NCBI RefSeq assembly: GCF_035594765.1
Contig: NC_085845.1
Coordinates: 29,506,024-29,570,023, forward strand
Direction: 5' to 3'
Origin: Anolis carolinensis
Lineage: Eukaryota
DNA length: 64,000 bases
In this document: positions 48,280 through 59,462 of the stretch, piece by piece
Numbering within the stretch: position 1 is the stretch's first letter
How the letters are laid out: every line of letters starts with the position of its first letter
The notes under the pieces: generated by a model
What the model was told of the DNA's origin: nothing
The model's database searches: none
Seen by the model: only the letters and a program-made list of their open reading frames with translations
Made by a program: the position numbers and the translations under genes

Positions 48280-49818
48280 GGGCTCTTCCAGACAGGCTCA
48301 AAAATGTGGGACCTGTCGGTCTTTTATCTGAGGCATCCAAATTACGCTCACCAATGCGTCGTCTTCATCCTGGAAAGAAGTGACAAGTGGAGTGCCGCAG
48401 GGCTCCGTCCTGGGCCCGGTTCTATTCAACATCTTTATTAACAACTTAGACGAAGGGTTAGAAGGCACAATCATAAAGTTTGCAGACGACACAAAACTGG
48501 GAGGGATAGCTAACACTCCAGAAGACAGGAGCAGAATTCAAAATGATCTTGACAGACTAGAGAGATGGGCCGAAACTAACAAAATGAAGTTCAACAGGGA
48601 CAAATGCAAGATACTTCACTTCGGCAGAAAAAATGGAAATCAAAGATACAGAATGGGGGACGCCTGGCTTGACAGCACTGTGTGTGAAAAAGACCTTGGA
48701 GTCGTCGTGGACAACAAGTTAAACATGAGCCAACAATGTGATGCGGCAGTGAAAAAAGCCAACGGGATTCTGGCCTGCATCAATAGGGGAATAGCGTCTA
48801 GATCCAGGGAAGTCATGCTCCCCCTCTATTCTGCCTTGGTCAGACCACACCTGGAATACTGCGTCCAATTCTGGGCACCACAGTTGAAGGGAGATGTTGA
48901 CAAGCTGGAAAGCGTCCAGAGGAGGGCAACTAAAATGATCAAGGGTCTGGAGAACAAGCCCTATGAGGAGCGGCGTAAAGAGCTGGGCATATTTAGCCTG
49001 CAGAAGAGAAGGCTGAGAGGAGACATGATAGCCATGTACAAATACGTGAAGGGAAGTCATAGGCAGGAGGGAGCAAGCTTGTTTTCTGCTGCCCTGCAGA
49101 CTAGGACACGGAACAATGGCTTCAAACTACAGGAAAGGAGATTCCACCTGAACATCAGGAAGAACTTCCTCACTGTGAGAGCTGTTCGACAGTGGAACTC
49201 TCTCCCCCAGACTCCTTCTTTGGAAGCTTTTAAGCAGAGGCTGGATGGCCATCTGTTGGGGGGTGCTTTGAATGCGATTTCCTGCTTCTTAGCAGGGGAT
49301 TGGACTGAATGGCCCATGAGGTCTCTTCCAACTCTACTATTCTATGATTCTATGATTCTATGAAAAGGCGAATAAATTCAGAACAAAGCAGAGTTTACCT
49401 GCTTTGTTCTGAATTAATTAGCTACCCCATTAGATCCAGGCCTTTTTAAAAGGACAGGGTCTAATGGGGTATTGGGCCTGTGGGGACTCACTTCTGGGAT
49501 TACCCAAGATGAGTCCCCACAGCCATCTTTCTTAAATATATCCTGTAATTGATGATAATGAAACCAGTTATTTATCCCTAATTCTTCTCTCCCTTTTAGT
49601 TTTCATTGTCCTTTTTCTTCAATAAAGATAATACTTATAAGTTCTCAGTTCCTCATTATATGCTGTTTTAACACTGCTTCCAAAGGATGAAGCCATAAAA
49701 GGATTTTCTGCTCCATCACTTCCATCTGGACACCCCACCAGGAAATCCACTTTTTTGGGGGGGAGGGGTGGAATTAAACACACAAATGTGCGGGTTAAAC
49801 CCATGTCTGGAAATGTCC
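48280..49818. mobile_element. PIF/Harbinger-like non-autonomous transposon hosting a CR1
   Basis: TAT|GGGCTCTTCCAGACA ... TGTCTGGAAATGTCC|TAT (3-bp TSD); a related terminus occurs at about 55805-55848. Confidence 0.6.
48346..49363 (+). mobile_element. Young 5'-truncated CR1 LINE with open RT C-terminal frame
   Basis: [38 protein letters not shown]; (TTCTATGA)3 tail. Confidence 0.97.
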
Positions 49819-50084
49819 TATAGGAAAAAGTAATATAAACTAGATGGGTTGGTAGCCAATCAGGCAAAGCTGCTCCTAAGACCAGAGTTAGGACTGAGGC
49901 AAGATGGAAGTCAAGGCAAAGAGGAAATTTCACACTGGGTTATTGTTCAACACGGGGTAAAAATGTGAATGATACGAAGATTGGGTTCTGCTTGTTAGTG
50001 GCTTCTGCTCTTTGGTTTATTTATAGCTTCACCTTAATAAATATGTCTGGAGACTTGGAGATGAGGGGCGTAAGTATTCTACAG

Positions 50085-50262
50085 GTACCAGATCCTGTCT
50101 GATCTTAGAAGCTAAGTATATACACTCTGGTTAGTACTTCAATGAGAAACTACCAACAAGTACCTCTGTAAGGTGTATCAGAGAAATAAACTGGCAAAAC
50201 TACCTATGAAATTCATGAGGTCACATAAGGTGATAAGTGACTTGAAGGGATATACATACACA
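50085..50262 (+). mobile_element. 5S rRNA-derived SINE (SINE3-type), decayed
   Basis: CCAGATCCTGTCTGATCTTAGAAGCTAAG...CTGGTTAGTACTT matches the 5S rRNA internal control region, followed by an RTE-type tail GAGGTCACATAAG...GACTTGAAGG. Confidence 0.75.
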
Positions 50263-51354
50263 TGGATAAGAACATCTTATAAAATTGCACATCTCATAAA
50301 ATAATGTTCACACAAGGTGAACATTTTCAGGATAGATCAATAGCTCATTCACTTTGGCATTCATTCTGTTCTGTCTGGATAGAAGGATGATCTTATTCAA
50401 AATATTTTGAAAGAGCTATTATATTTCATCAATAATTTAAAGAACAGCCTAAACCAGCAAAATTGAAAAAATAAAATAAAATATTTCTTCAGTCCTTACT
50501 ACCAGCTTATTGAAGGAAAAAAAGAATACGCAAACAGAAAAAAAATCATCACATTTTTCCACAACATCTCAAATTGAGACAGAATGGTACAAACTGTAGG
50601 AATAGTTAGTATTACTATTTATGTTAAAAAGACTTCAGCAAGGCTACTGCAAAATGAGCTTGTAGTATTTACAGGTCTAATCCCTCAAGGAGTTCTTGTA
50701 AGGTAAAAAGAAAAACTTATGTTTAATGTCTCAGGAAATCTATACTGGTATGGGAAAGGAGAAAGATAAAAAAGTTGGCATATTGCTTACAAGAGCCCCT
50801 AAAGTCTTGCTGTCCTATATGGGAGAAAGGTAGTAGTCTTTATTGAGTTTGGAATTTCATGGATGCTTCCTTCCCACAAAGGAACTAAGAGATTAACTGG
50901 TTGAAGGAGAAAGAAGCCCCAACAATTAAGAAAGAAACAAAGGATTTCAGTTCATAGAATAAAGAAAGATACAGAGAAATGAAACAAAGGCCAGGTGCTT
51001 TTTCTAAAATAATCACTTTTTTACAAATTACATCATGTCTTTCTGCTTCCCATAAGTAGTATGGTGTGGATGTAACATGAACTTCCATTCTATGGTTCAG
51101 AAAAGAGACTGAAAAAGTTGGCAGAGAATCCACAGAATCCCTCAGCCATCATGGACAAATGGTTGTAGTACAAAAGCTGTAGTACAAATCAGGTACTTCA
51201 ACTCCCACCATTCCTAACAGCCTCAGGCCCCTTCCTTTCAGAGTTCTGATTCTGAGTTAGTATTAGCTGCAGTCTGTTTGGATTGGATATGCAAAACTAC
51301 GGATAATAGAAAATGCTACTGAAACATACCTAACCTCTATGCCACTTTTAATAG

Positions 51355-51530
51355 GGCTTGACTTCCAGACCTTTGATCATTTTGGTCACCCTTCTCTGGA
51401 CACATTCCAGCCTGTCAACACCTTTCTTAAATTGTGTTGCCCAGAACTGGACACAGGATTCCAGGTGAAGTCTGGCCAAAGCTAAATAGAGTGTCACTAT
51501 TATTTCCCTCAGTTTAGGCACTATACTCCT
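51355..51530 (-). mobile_element. CR1 fragment
   Basis: TTGATCATTTTGGTCACCCTTCTCTGGACAC...GCCCAGAACTGGACACAG aligns by eye with the other CR1 copies. Confidence 0.75.
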
Positions 51531-52671
51531 AGCTGTTCCTTTACCCCAGATGAACTACTGCAGTTGGATGGTGCCTAGAGCTTCACCCCTCCTGCCAGAG
51601 AAGAGGCACACCAGTGCTGTCAAACTATATCATGCAGCCAAATGCAAAGGAAACATGCACATGAAGATTTATGTTCTGCTGGCAGTATTGGTAGATTTCA
51701 GTCTGAAAAAAGCAGCTGTGCCTGCCATGTAGCCAAGTGTTTAAAGTAGGTTCTGTATATTCTGTGATACCCCCTCCCCCAAATTATGCCAGTGTTCAAA
51801 GTTGATAGATACAGGGTGTAGTTTTGTGCAAGTATACTGTAGAAAGAGGTATCTTGTACTTTCTTATGCGATTGACTTTCTGCCATGCTTCTTGCAAGTG
51901 AAGACTTATGCCAGTTTAGGATGCTTCCAACCATACAGCGCCTAGCAATACTGATTAACACATAATAGTCACACACCCTTTTAGGGGTATTTTTGCTTTC
52001 CTCACATAATAGTTGCAGCCTTGATTCATCTGCTAAACATACTGCTAGCAGATGACCAGCATATGGAAGCAGAGGAAGACAGCTGTAAAAGGTCTAGCTA
52101 GGCTTCCATCTCCACGTACGTATCTAGCTGTACTGAATAAACAACAGCTTTGCACATCTGTTCGCCCTCTTTCAGCTATGACACTCCACTCACCTGTACA
52201 ACCCAGTGCTCACCCAAAAGCACTGAGTTGAAGAGAGTAAAAAGTTTCCCCTGACGTTAAGTACCACTCTCTTAAATCCCGTGCTTTTGGATTCAGCAGC
52301 ATGAAGCACTATAGCTGAAAAGGAAGTTAGCATGTGGGCTATTTTTTTCATTGTGTAATAGTCACGCCTCCACTTTTTTTTTTTTGTAAAAGTGACTATT
52401 ATATGATAAAATATGGAATTCAGACTTTTCTTTCTTCACAGATTTTTCTATGGTTAATAAATAGTTATCCAAAGAAGCATAGAAAAAAGTGGAAATTCAG
52501 GAAAAAGGACAAAAGTGGAAGAACATGAAATAAATATCCGACTATAAGTTATCTGATGTAGAAAGGTCAGTAGTAAACAAAGGTCTATCATTTGTTCCCA
52601 CCCCTAAATTTAATGCATTTTGAGCACGAATAGATTTATTCAAGCTATTTAGAACCATCCGCTTAAGAGAC

Positions 52672-54720
52672 ATGTTTAAAGACAGCATATCCAACACAAC
52701 CACAGATCCTTTCAAACCTAAAAGTACCTTCTGCCCTTCCACAGATAACATTTACATTAAATGCTTTGAAAAAGCTGTAGAGAGGGACTTTAACAAGCTA
52801 ACTACTCATAGACAACCATACCACTCAAATTTATCAGAATTAGAAAGAACCACTCTGGTCAAATTGAGCAACCTTAAAGAGGTAGTCTGGAAACCAGCAG
52901 ATAAAGGGGGAGCTATAGTATTACTTAACAAAAGAGATTATATTAAGGAAGTCAACCTCCAGTTATCAAATAGTAAATTCTACCAACCTATTGCAACAGA
53001 CCCCACTAAACACATTCAGTCCCTTATTAGGGTGGTGTGTCAAGAGGGATTGTCCATGGGATTTATTTCTTCTTCTACATTTAAATACTTACAAAATGAC
53101 TTCCCCAGGATACCTATCTTTTATATTCTTCCTAAGATTCATAAAGGCATCACTCCACCCCCAGGCCGACCTATTATTTCTGGTTCATCTTCTGTATTGG
53201 AACCAGTTGCTAAATATCTAGACTCCTTTTACCAACCATTTGTCCCTCTCTGTGATTCCTACATTAAAGACACAAAGCACTTCATTAATATCGTAGAAAA
53301 TCTCAAAATTGAGGACGACAGCATTTTAGTTACGATTGATGTCACCTCACTCTATACTAACATTCCACTAGATGAGGCTCGTACCATCATAGAGAATATC
53401 CTTCGTAGGAGAACAAAATTGCAACCACCTACACATTTCTTGATGGACCTGTTAGATATAGTACTGGAGAAAAATTATTTCCGTTTTCAAAACCAATTTT
53501 ACTTTCAGACCTTCGGTGTCGCTATGGGAAGTCCGTTAGCCCCATCGATTGCCAATCTATTCATGGCACATTTAGAAAACACTATATTGCTTAATCCATC
53601 TTTAAATATGTACTATTCTAATATAATATACTATGGCCGATTTATTGATGATATATTCATAGTATTTAAAACAACTGAGGCCGCAGTAGGATTCTCTAAT
53701 TGGATTGACACTATACATACGTCTATTAAGTTTACCAGTCATCTCAACCTGTCACATATCAATTTTTTAGATGTTACTGTGTATAAATATCATAACAAAC
53801 TTTTGGTCAAGAACTTCAGAAAACCATCAGATAAAAATTCTTTTCTTCATTATAACAGCTTCCACCACTTTGGTTTAAAGACCAATCTTCCATTTTCACA
53901 ACTACTTAGACTAAAGCGTAACTCAAGCTCTAATGAACACTTCATTCATGAAAGCCTGACCTTAAGCCAGGAGTTTAGAAGTAGAGGCTATCCTAAACAT
54001 GTCATCAAAAAGGCATTAATTAAAGCTGAAAAAACTGATAGAACCACCCTACTGAAAGAATCTGCTAAACCAACTAAAAATCAAATTATCTGGACACAAG
54101 AATTATCGCATTACTCCAAACACATAATCCAAATTATAAAAAAGCACTGGCATCTTCTTCAAGATATTTCAGGTTGTGATAAATTACCTATTTTTGGAAA
54201 CAGGCGTACTAAAAATATTAGAGAATATTTAATCCATACAGATTTAATCACTCCCATTAGTACACCGAAGAGCACCCTGAGAGGCCATTATCCTTGTGGT
54301 CACTGTAAGTGTTGTCCTCAATCTTGGAAGACTAAGGAGATATATAATCATAGGAACAAAGTGGGCACCACACTAAAACATTTTTCTACTTGTAATAGCA
54401 GCAATGTAATCTACCTCTTGACATGTGGCTGTGATCTCTGGTATATCGGAAAAACAACCAGATCCTTGAGAATCAGAATCTCTGAACATAAATCCAGAAT
54501 CAAAAATTTATCTACAGAATCTCTTTTATATTCACACTTCACCCAATACAAACATTCATCTACCTCATTTAAATTTTGTGCTCTGGAATGCATCTCTCAA
54601 AAACCTTTCATGGACTTGGAAAAACTATTATCCCAAAGGGAAATGTACTGGATCTTTAAGTTTAAAACCTTTTCCCCTCAGGGACTTAATGAATCACTTA
54701 ATTTTAGCTGTTTCCTTTAA
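52672..54720 (+). CDS. Penelope-type reverse transcriptase / GIY-YIG endonuclease (682 aa open; N-terminus disrupted upstream)
   Basis: KPADKGGAIV, GRPIISG, IDVTSLYTNIP, GVAMGSPLAPSIANLFM, RFIDDIF, NFLDV; linker CGHCKCC; endonuclease NVIYLLTCGCDLWYIGKTTRSLRIRISEH...REMYWI...PQGLNE. Confidence 0.95.
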   Translation: MFKDSISNTTTDPFKPKSTFCPSTDNIYIKCFEKAVERDFNKLTTHRQPYHSNLSELERTTLVKLSNLKEVVWKPADKGGAIVLLNKRDYIKEVNLQLSNSKFYQPIATDPTKHIQSLIRVVCQEGLSMGFISSSTFKYLQNDFPRIPIFYILPKIHKGITPPPGRPIISGSSSVLEPVAKYLDSFYQPFVPLCDSYIKDTKHFINIVENLKIEDDSILVTIDVTSLYTNIPLDEARTIIENILRRRTKLQPPTHFLMDLLDIVLEKNYFRFQNQFYFQTFGVAMGSPLAPSIANLFMAHLENTILLNPSLNMYYSNIIYYGRFIDDIFIVFKTTEAAVGFSNWIDTIHTSIKFTSHLNLSHINFLDVTVYKYHNKLLVKNFRKPSDKNSFLHYNSFHHFGLKTNLPFSQLLRLKRNSSSNEHFIHESLTLSQEFRSRGYPKHVIKKALIKAEKTDRTTLLKESAKPTKNQIIWTQELSHYSKHIIQIIKKHWHLLQDISGCDKLPIFGNRRTKNIREYLIHTDLITPISTPKSTLRGHYPCGHCKCCPQSWKTKEIYNHRNKVGTTLKHFSTCNSSNVIYLLTCGCDLWYIGKTTRSLRIRISEHKSRIKNLSTESLLYSHFTQYKHSSTSFKFCALECISQKPFMDLEKLLSQREMYWIFKFKTFSPQGLNESLNFSCFL

Positions 54721-54932
54721 ACCTTCAAGTACTCTTTAAAAACCTTTGAATGAACCTCCAGAATTACTCGCAGTTGAAATCACCACAAGCAGAGTCACTC
54801 AGTGAAAGCATTTAGCACTATGTAAGTATAATACTGTTATATGGGTTACCTTTACTTCTGTTAATACTGCTGGTAAAATACTTGTTACTCTATGTTTTGT
54901 TTTAGATAGAAATTCATTGTTGCTGAGTTTAA

Positions 54933-54998
54933 CAACTCCTGAAGAAGGGGTTTTTCCCTGAAACAGGGTCAAAAATACCCGGGACCCCTGTAGACTTG
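54933..54998 (+). ncRNA. Type I hammerhead ribozyme
   Basis: Stem I CAACTC/GACTTG (one mismatch), CTGAAGA at 54939-54945, stem II AGGG/CCCT, GAAA at 54960-54963, stem III CAGGG/CCCTG, cleavage triplet GTA (after 54992). Confidence 0.85.
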
Positions 54999-55854
54999 GG
55001 ACTTTATTTGGACTTTACTTTTGAAGACTTTTTTGAGAGCGGTGCTCCATCATTATTTTCTTCAATCCAGTATACAGCAACACGACCAACCATCTGTTTG
55101 GAAGGTATTTTCATTGACTGTATCCCTGAAGCCTATATGTATTGGAACCAATACCAGACTTGAACAACTTTTGTGTTAGAGCTGTTGCTCCTTTTCATTT
55201 TGTCAGGTACGGCCAAATTGAGCTTTGTACGAGGAACTGTAACAATATATGTCATTTGGACACATTTTCTTTGTACATAGACAATCGTTTGTGTGTATAG
55301 ATACTTTACAAGTATTCTGGGACTTTGTATAATATCCCTCTTTACCCCTGTGGAGACTGCTTCCCTCCCATGCCGGTTTTTAAAAGCCCGAAACAGCTGA
55401 TCAGCTGTTCAAGCTCCCACAAACAGCTGATTTCCAGCTGGTTTCAAGAGAAGAGAAGTGGAGAGACACTAGAAGTCTCTGAAAGTGTTTATTTTAAACT
55501 TTATAATATTAAATAGATCATGAATAAGTAACTGGAGAAAGAGGGAAATCTGGTGGCATTTTTTAATAAAAATCCTGCCGTTATGATGCTTATAGGCACA
55601 CAAAGGAATCTCTTCATATTTGTATTAGGATACTCGCTTATGTGTGCACATAAGCATCAGCACATAACTGATTTAAAAAAAAAAATCCAACTTCCAGCAG
55701 AAGTTCCCCATCCTCCCTCCATTTTATCTTGAGACACAGAAGGGCTCTGAGGACGACAGGGGAAGAAAGCCTGGGACCAGCAGGTCTATTGCGGGTTTAT
55801 TTATCCCACAAATTAATCCCACATTTTGGCACTGTCTGGAAGCACCCCCACTGA

Positions 55855-55990
55855 CTGGATAGCTTTGGGAAAGTCACACTCTCTCAGCCTTAGAGGGAGG
55901 CAATGACAATTCCCTCTGAATGAACCTAGACAGAAAAATCTTTCTAAGTCTTTATAAGTCTGAATTGGCTTGAAGGCATACAACAACAAA
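55855..55990 (+). mobile_element. CORE-like SINE fragment with (CAA)n RTE-type tail
   Basis: TTGGGAAAGTCACACTCTCTCAGCCT...CTTGAAGGCATACAACAACAA. Confidence 0.65.
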
Positions 55991-56254
55991 ATGAATTATG
56001 TTGGTGTCATGTTTGCTATTAACTGCCTTGAATCTCTATTAGTCACATTGATGTCCTTGACTCCATATATCATAAAATGAGATCAAATCTGAGTAAATAC
56101 ATAAAATACACAAAACAATCTAAATTATAATAAAATATAAGAAAAACAGTGCAAAGAAGTACTTAATACTGTATTATCTCTTGCTTTATATACCGTCTGT
56201 TTAAGCATTCAATATTAGGCAATTTGACTACTTGCTTTTAGACATTTATACCTT

Positions 56255-56422
56255 CTAGAATCATAGAATAATAGAGTCTGAAGAAACCCCGAGGGCCATC
56301 CAGTCCAACCCTCTGCCATGTAGGAACGCAAAATCAAAACACCCCTGACAGATGGCTATCAAGCCTTTACTTAAAAACCGACAGAGAAGGAGAATCCACT
56401 GTGCTCTGAGGCAGCACATTCC
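56255..56422 (-). mobile_element. CR1 3' end fragment
   Basis: TAGAATCATAGAA tail, GGCCATCCAGTCCAACCC and GACAGATGGC. Confidence 0.8.
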
Positions 56423-58854
56423 TTTTTGTATTATTTTTTCCAAAGTGGTAATAGTTCAAAATGGTCACTTTAAAAAATTGAATTTCTTCCTAACTAATGG
56501 CCACATTGTTTAGAAAAAAACACTGCAAAAGCAGCATGCAACTGTGTGCACATATGTGTGTTTTTTCCCAAAGAACATTCGAGCCACAGTTTTGTTTATA
56601 AACTAGAATAAATTTGGAAACAAATGTTTTGGAATAAATATTGTCTCTTAGAAAGAATAATGTATTGTAAATCATATGATTTAAAGCAATACATAGTAAC
56701 ACAGTATCTTGAATCATTGCATTTAAAGTATGTTTTCTTCTCCTATGTATACACTGTTTCTTCCCTCATGCTGACTCTCTGTTCTTATGTTAAATATGAG
56801 CAAAAGGGGGAAAGAAAGAAGAAAAAAGGAAGCACATAAGCTAACGGGGGACAGTTTCAGGACAGGAAGAAATATATATACTTAGCCAAAGAGAAACGGG
56901 TTTTAGGGTATTCTGAATGCTGAATGGTGGCTCCAAGAACAGGCGAGTCAAGTTTCGGTGGCATTTCAGGCGTGCATGCACACACCACACACACACACAT
57001 ACAAACCACACAGACCCTTTTGATGACATAACCTCACATTCTCTAACAGTCAGCACAGTTCTCCTGGTTTCCTATTGGTGTGCCCTATATCAGCAGACAT
57101 CAGAAGATAAGTATTATTGGCTGGACCCTTGCAAGTAAAGTAACTGTCATTTACTGCCGATGGCACAAACTCAGCAGTCTGTACAAATGAAAGGAAAAGA
57201 GAAAGTGGGATTTTTTTTTGCCTTTTGCTTCAGTGGTTTAAAAATTTAAAAAACCAAGTTAACTTTGCAGCTTTAAAAACATTTGCAGTTGCCAGTCAGA
57301 ACGGCAGAACAAGACCTTATTTTAAAGTCACATCTAGTAATGATTGTAAGTTTCCTGTACGCAAACCATGTGTAGCTAACTTTTGACAGACGGAAGTGTC
57401 AGGTCAAATGCATGTCTAAGTGATGCAATGCTAAACAATGCAGTTGGTGGAAAGATGCTGTGCAAAGAAGTGTTTAATTAAAAGCATTTGGTTTTAAAGG
57501 GGTGAGGTGTTTTGTATTCTTGCAATGATGATCCCAAAATGGAGTAAAAGTAATCAGATTACAGGCCAACTACAAAGACAAAGGACGAACAATTGCATAG
57601 TATGCAATGTAAGATGGCCTCTATAAACACCTACTCACTTGTTTCTCAATATTCAACCTCTAGTCTACTTCTGCATGCCAAATAATGAAGCACATATAAT
57701 CTTGCTCAAGTTTCCTTCATGTGTGTGGATGGTGCTGTTTTTGGCTACTTAAGAGCAGTACTCAAAAGAATGAGTTTCCTTAATCACAAAATCAGGTGCT
57801 GAGCTATGGAGGACTGTACAGCCAAAATGCATCAGTCATTTCAAGATTTGCAGGAGTGCAAAAAGTAGTTAAGGGGAGAGGAACTACTACACCCTGTCCC
57901 CCTAGTAAACAGTAAATATGGAGCTAATGTGCTCAGTAGTCTGAGATTGGCAAGCAATGGTTGAAGTGGGGCAGGAGAGGTGAATAAAAACATCGGGGGG
58001 GGGGGGGATTATCCTGAAGGAAAGCTTAACTGACTTGAACAGGAATACAATCAGCTCCCCACATTTTCTGGAGTTTGGGGCATAGGATCTGCACATAGAA
58101 CTGTACTGGAAAATTTAGAGATTCCCAGAAAGAACAATTAAACCTGCAAAAGTCAAACTTGCAAATGGGGAGGGATGGCTGTACTGAAGCCTTTGTTTCC
58201 ATAGTCTCCACTCTTAACAAAAATGGCCATTTTACTCTAGCAGAGTCTTTTTGTCAGTTGTTTGATTGAAATGGGGAGGGGGTGCCCTATAGTGTTTATC
58301 TAAAATTGACCTCTCTGACTAGTGCATGCTTTGACAGACAAGTAATTTCTTCACAGGCCAGGTGTGATGTTTTTAGGTGTGTTGTTCTTTCCAAATTGTT
58401 AAGCGTTTTGGGAGAAAGGCAAGACACAAATATTAATACTAATACTAACAACTAGTCAGAAGGTATGCAACTACAAGAACTGGCACACAGGGTTATCAGA
58501 GGCCAGCTCTATTATGATCATTTTGCCCAGAACATGTTGCTGCCAGATCTACCAGAACAGATAAGGCAACAGACTGACATTTTTTTAAAACATGTGCAAC
58601 TAGACACAATGTTCACTGGTGACAGGGGAAGTGCATTTCTCCATTTGAAAATCCAAGTAAACCTGTTAATAATATGCCACTGTCAGCACTAACCTATGTA
58701 TAGTATTTTTCCAATTGTTGTTGAGGGAGAAATTCACTGTCTCTCTCACATACAGATACCACCCCTTCAATATTCGCCTGTTTCCTGGTGGCCCCTTCCA
58801 GCTGGTACAGAGCAGGGGCCAGCTAAGAATCATCTGCCTGTCTTCTTGTAGCTC

Positions 58855-59132
58855 AGTAGTTCCCAACTTTTGGTCCTCCAAGTGTTTTGCATTTCAGATC
58901 CTGCAATTCCTAACAGCTGGTAAGCTGTCTGGGATTTCTGGAAGTCAAAGTCCAAAACAACTGGAGGAACAAAGGTTGTGCATGACAAAGACATCATCTA
59001 GGACAGTGATTCCTGAACTCTGGGCCTTCGTGTGTTCCAAATTTGACCACCTCAGCTTCCTTGGCCTATGATCAGGCATTCTGGAAGCTAAAGTCCAAAA
59101 CACTTGGAAGTCCAGTGTTTGAGGAAATACTG
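58855..59132. mobile_element. Two adjacent palindromic hAT MITEs (about 58855-58987 and 59004-59132)
   Basis: CAGT(A/G)(G/A)TTCC termini; the second has 8-bp TSD ATCTAGGA/CTCTAGGA. Confidence 0.7.
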
Positions 59133-59387
59133 CTCTAGGACCTCTGGAAGTCCATGAGAATGACATCATCATTGTGCATCTAGCTCTAGGGACAGCTGTG
59201 TCCAGTGGGAAATAAGACACATTTGAGAAGAGAGCTAGAGCAAAGTTCTACCTTGGTGGAACTTTTTCACCCACTTCCCCATGCAGGATGGCAGACAGCG
59301 TATGATGTTAGTCAATGTAAAATGTGGTTCTAATGAATAATGTTAATGAACAGCTTTGCTTAAGAACATATTATCAAGAGCGAAGAG

Positions 59388-59462
59388 GCTAAAGGTAAAA
59401 GTTTCCCCTTGACACTAAGTCGAGTTGAGTCCAACTTTGGGGGTTGGTGCTCATCTCCATTT
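59388..59462 (-). mobile_element. Sauria-type SINE 3' fragment
   Basis: AAAGGTAAAAGTTTCCCCTTGAC...GGGGTTGGTGCTCATCTCCATTT. Confidence 0.75.

Larger units (their letters stand above)
52263..55530 (+). mobile_element. Penelope-like retroelement, Neptune type (boundaries approximate)
   Basis: RT plus Cys-rich linker plus GIY-YIG ORF, followed by a long 3' region with a hammerhead ribozyme and splice-like signals. No TSD identified. Confidence 0.85.

Noticed and set aside
50085-50170. Functional 5S rRNA gene
   Set aside because: Heavily diverged, missing the 5' end and fused to a SINE tail.
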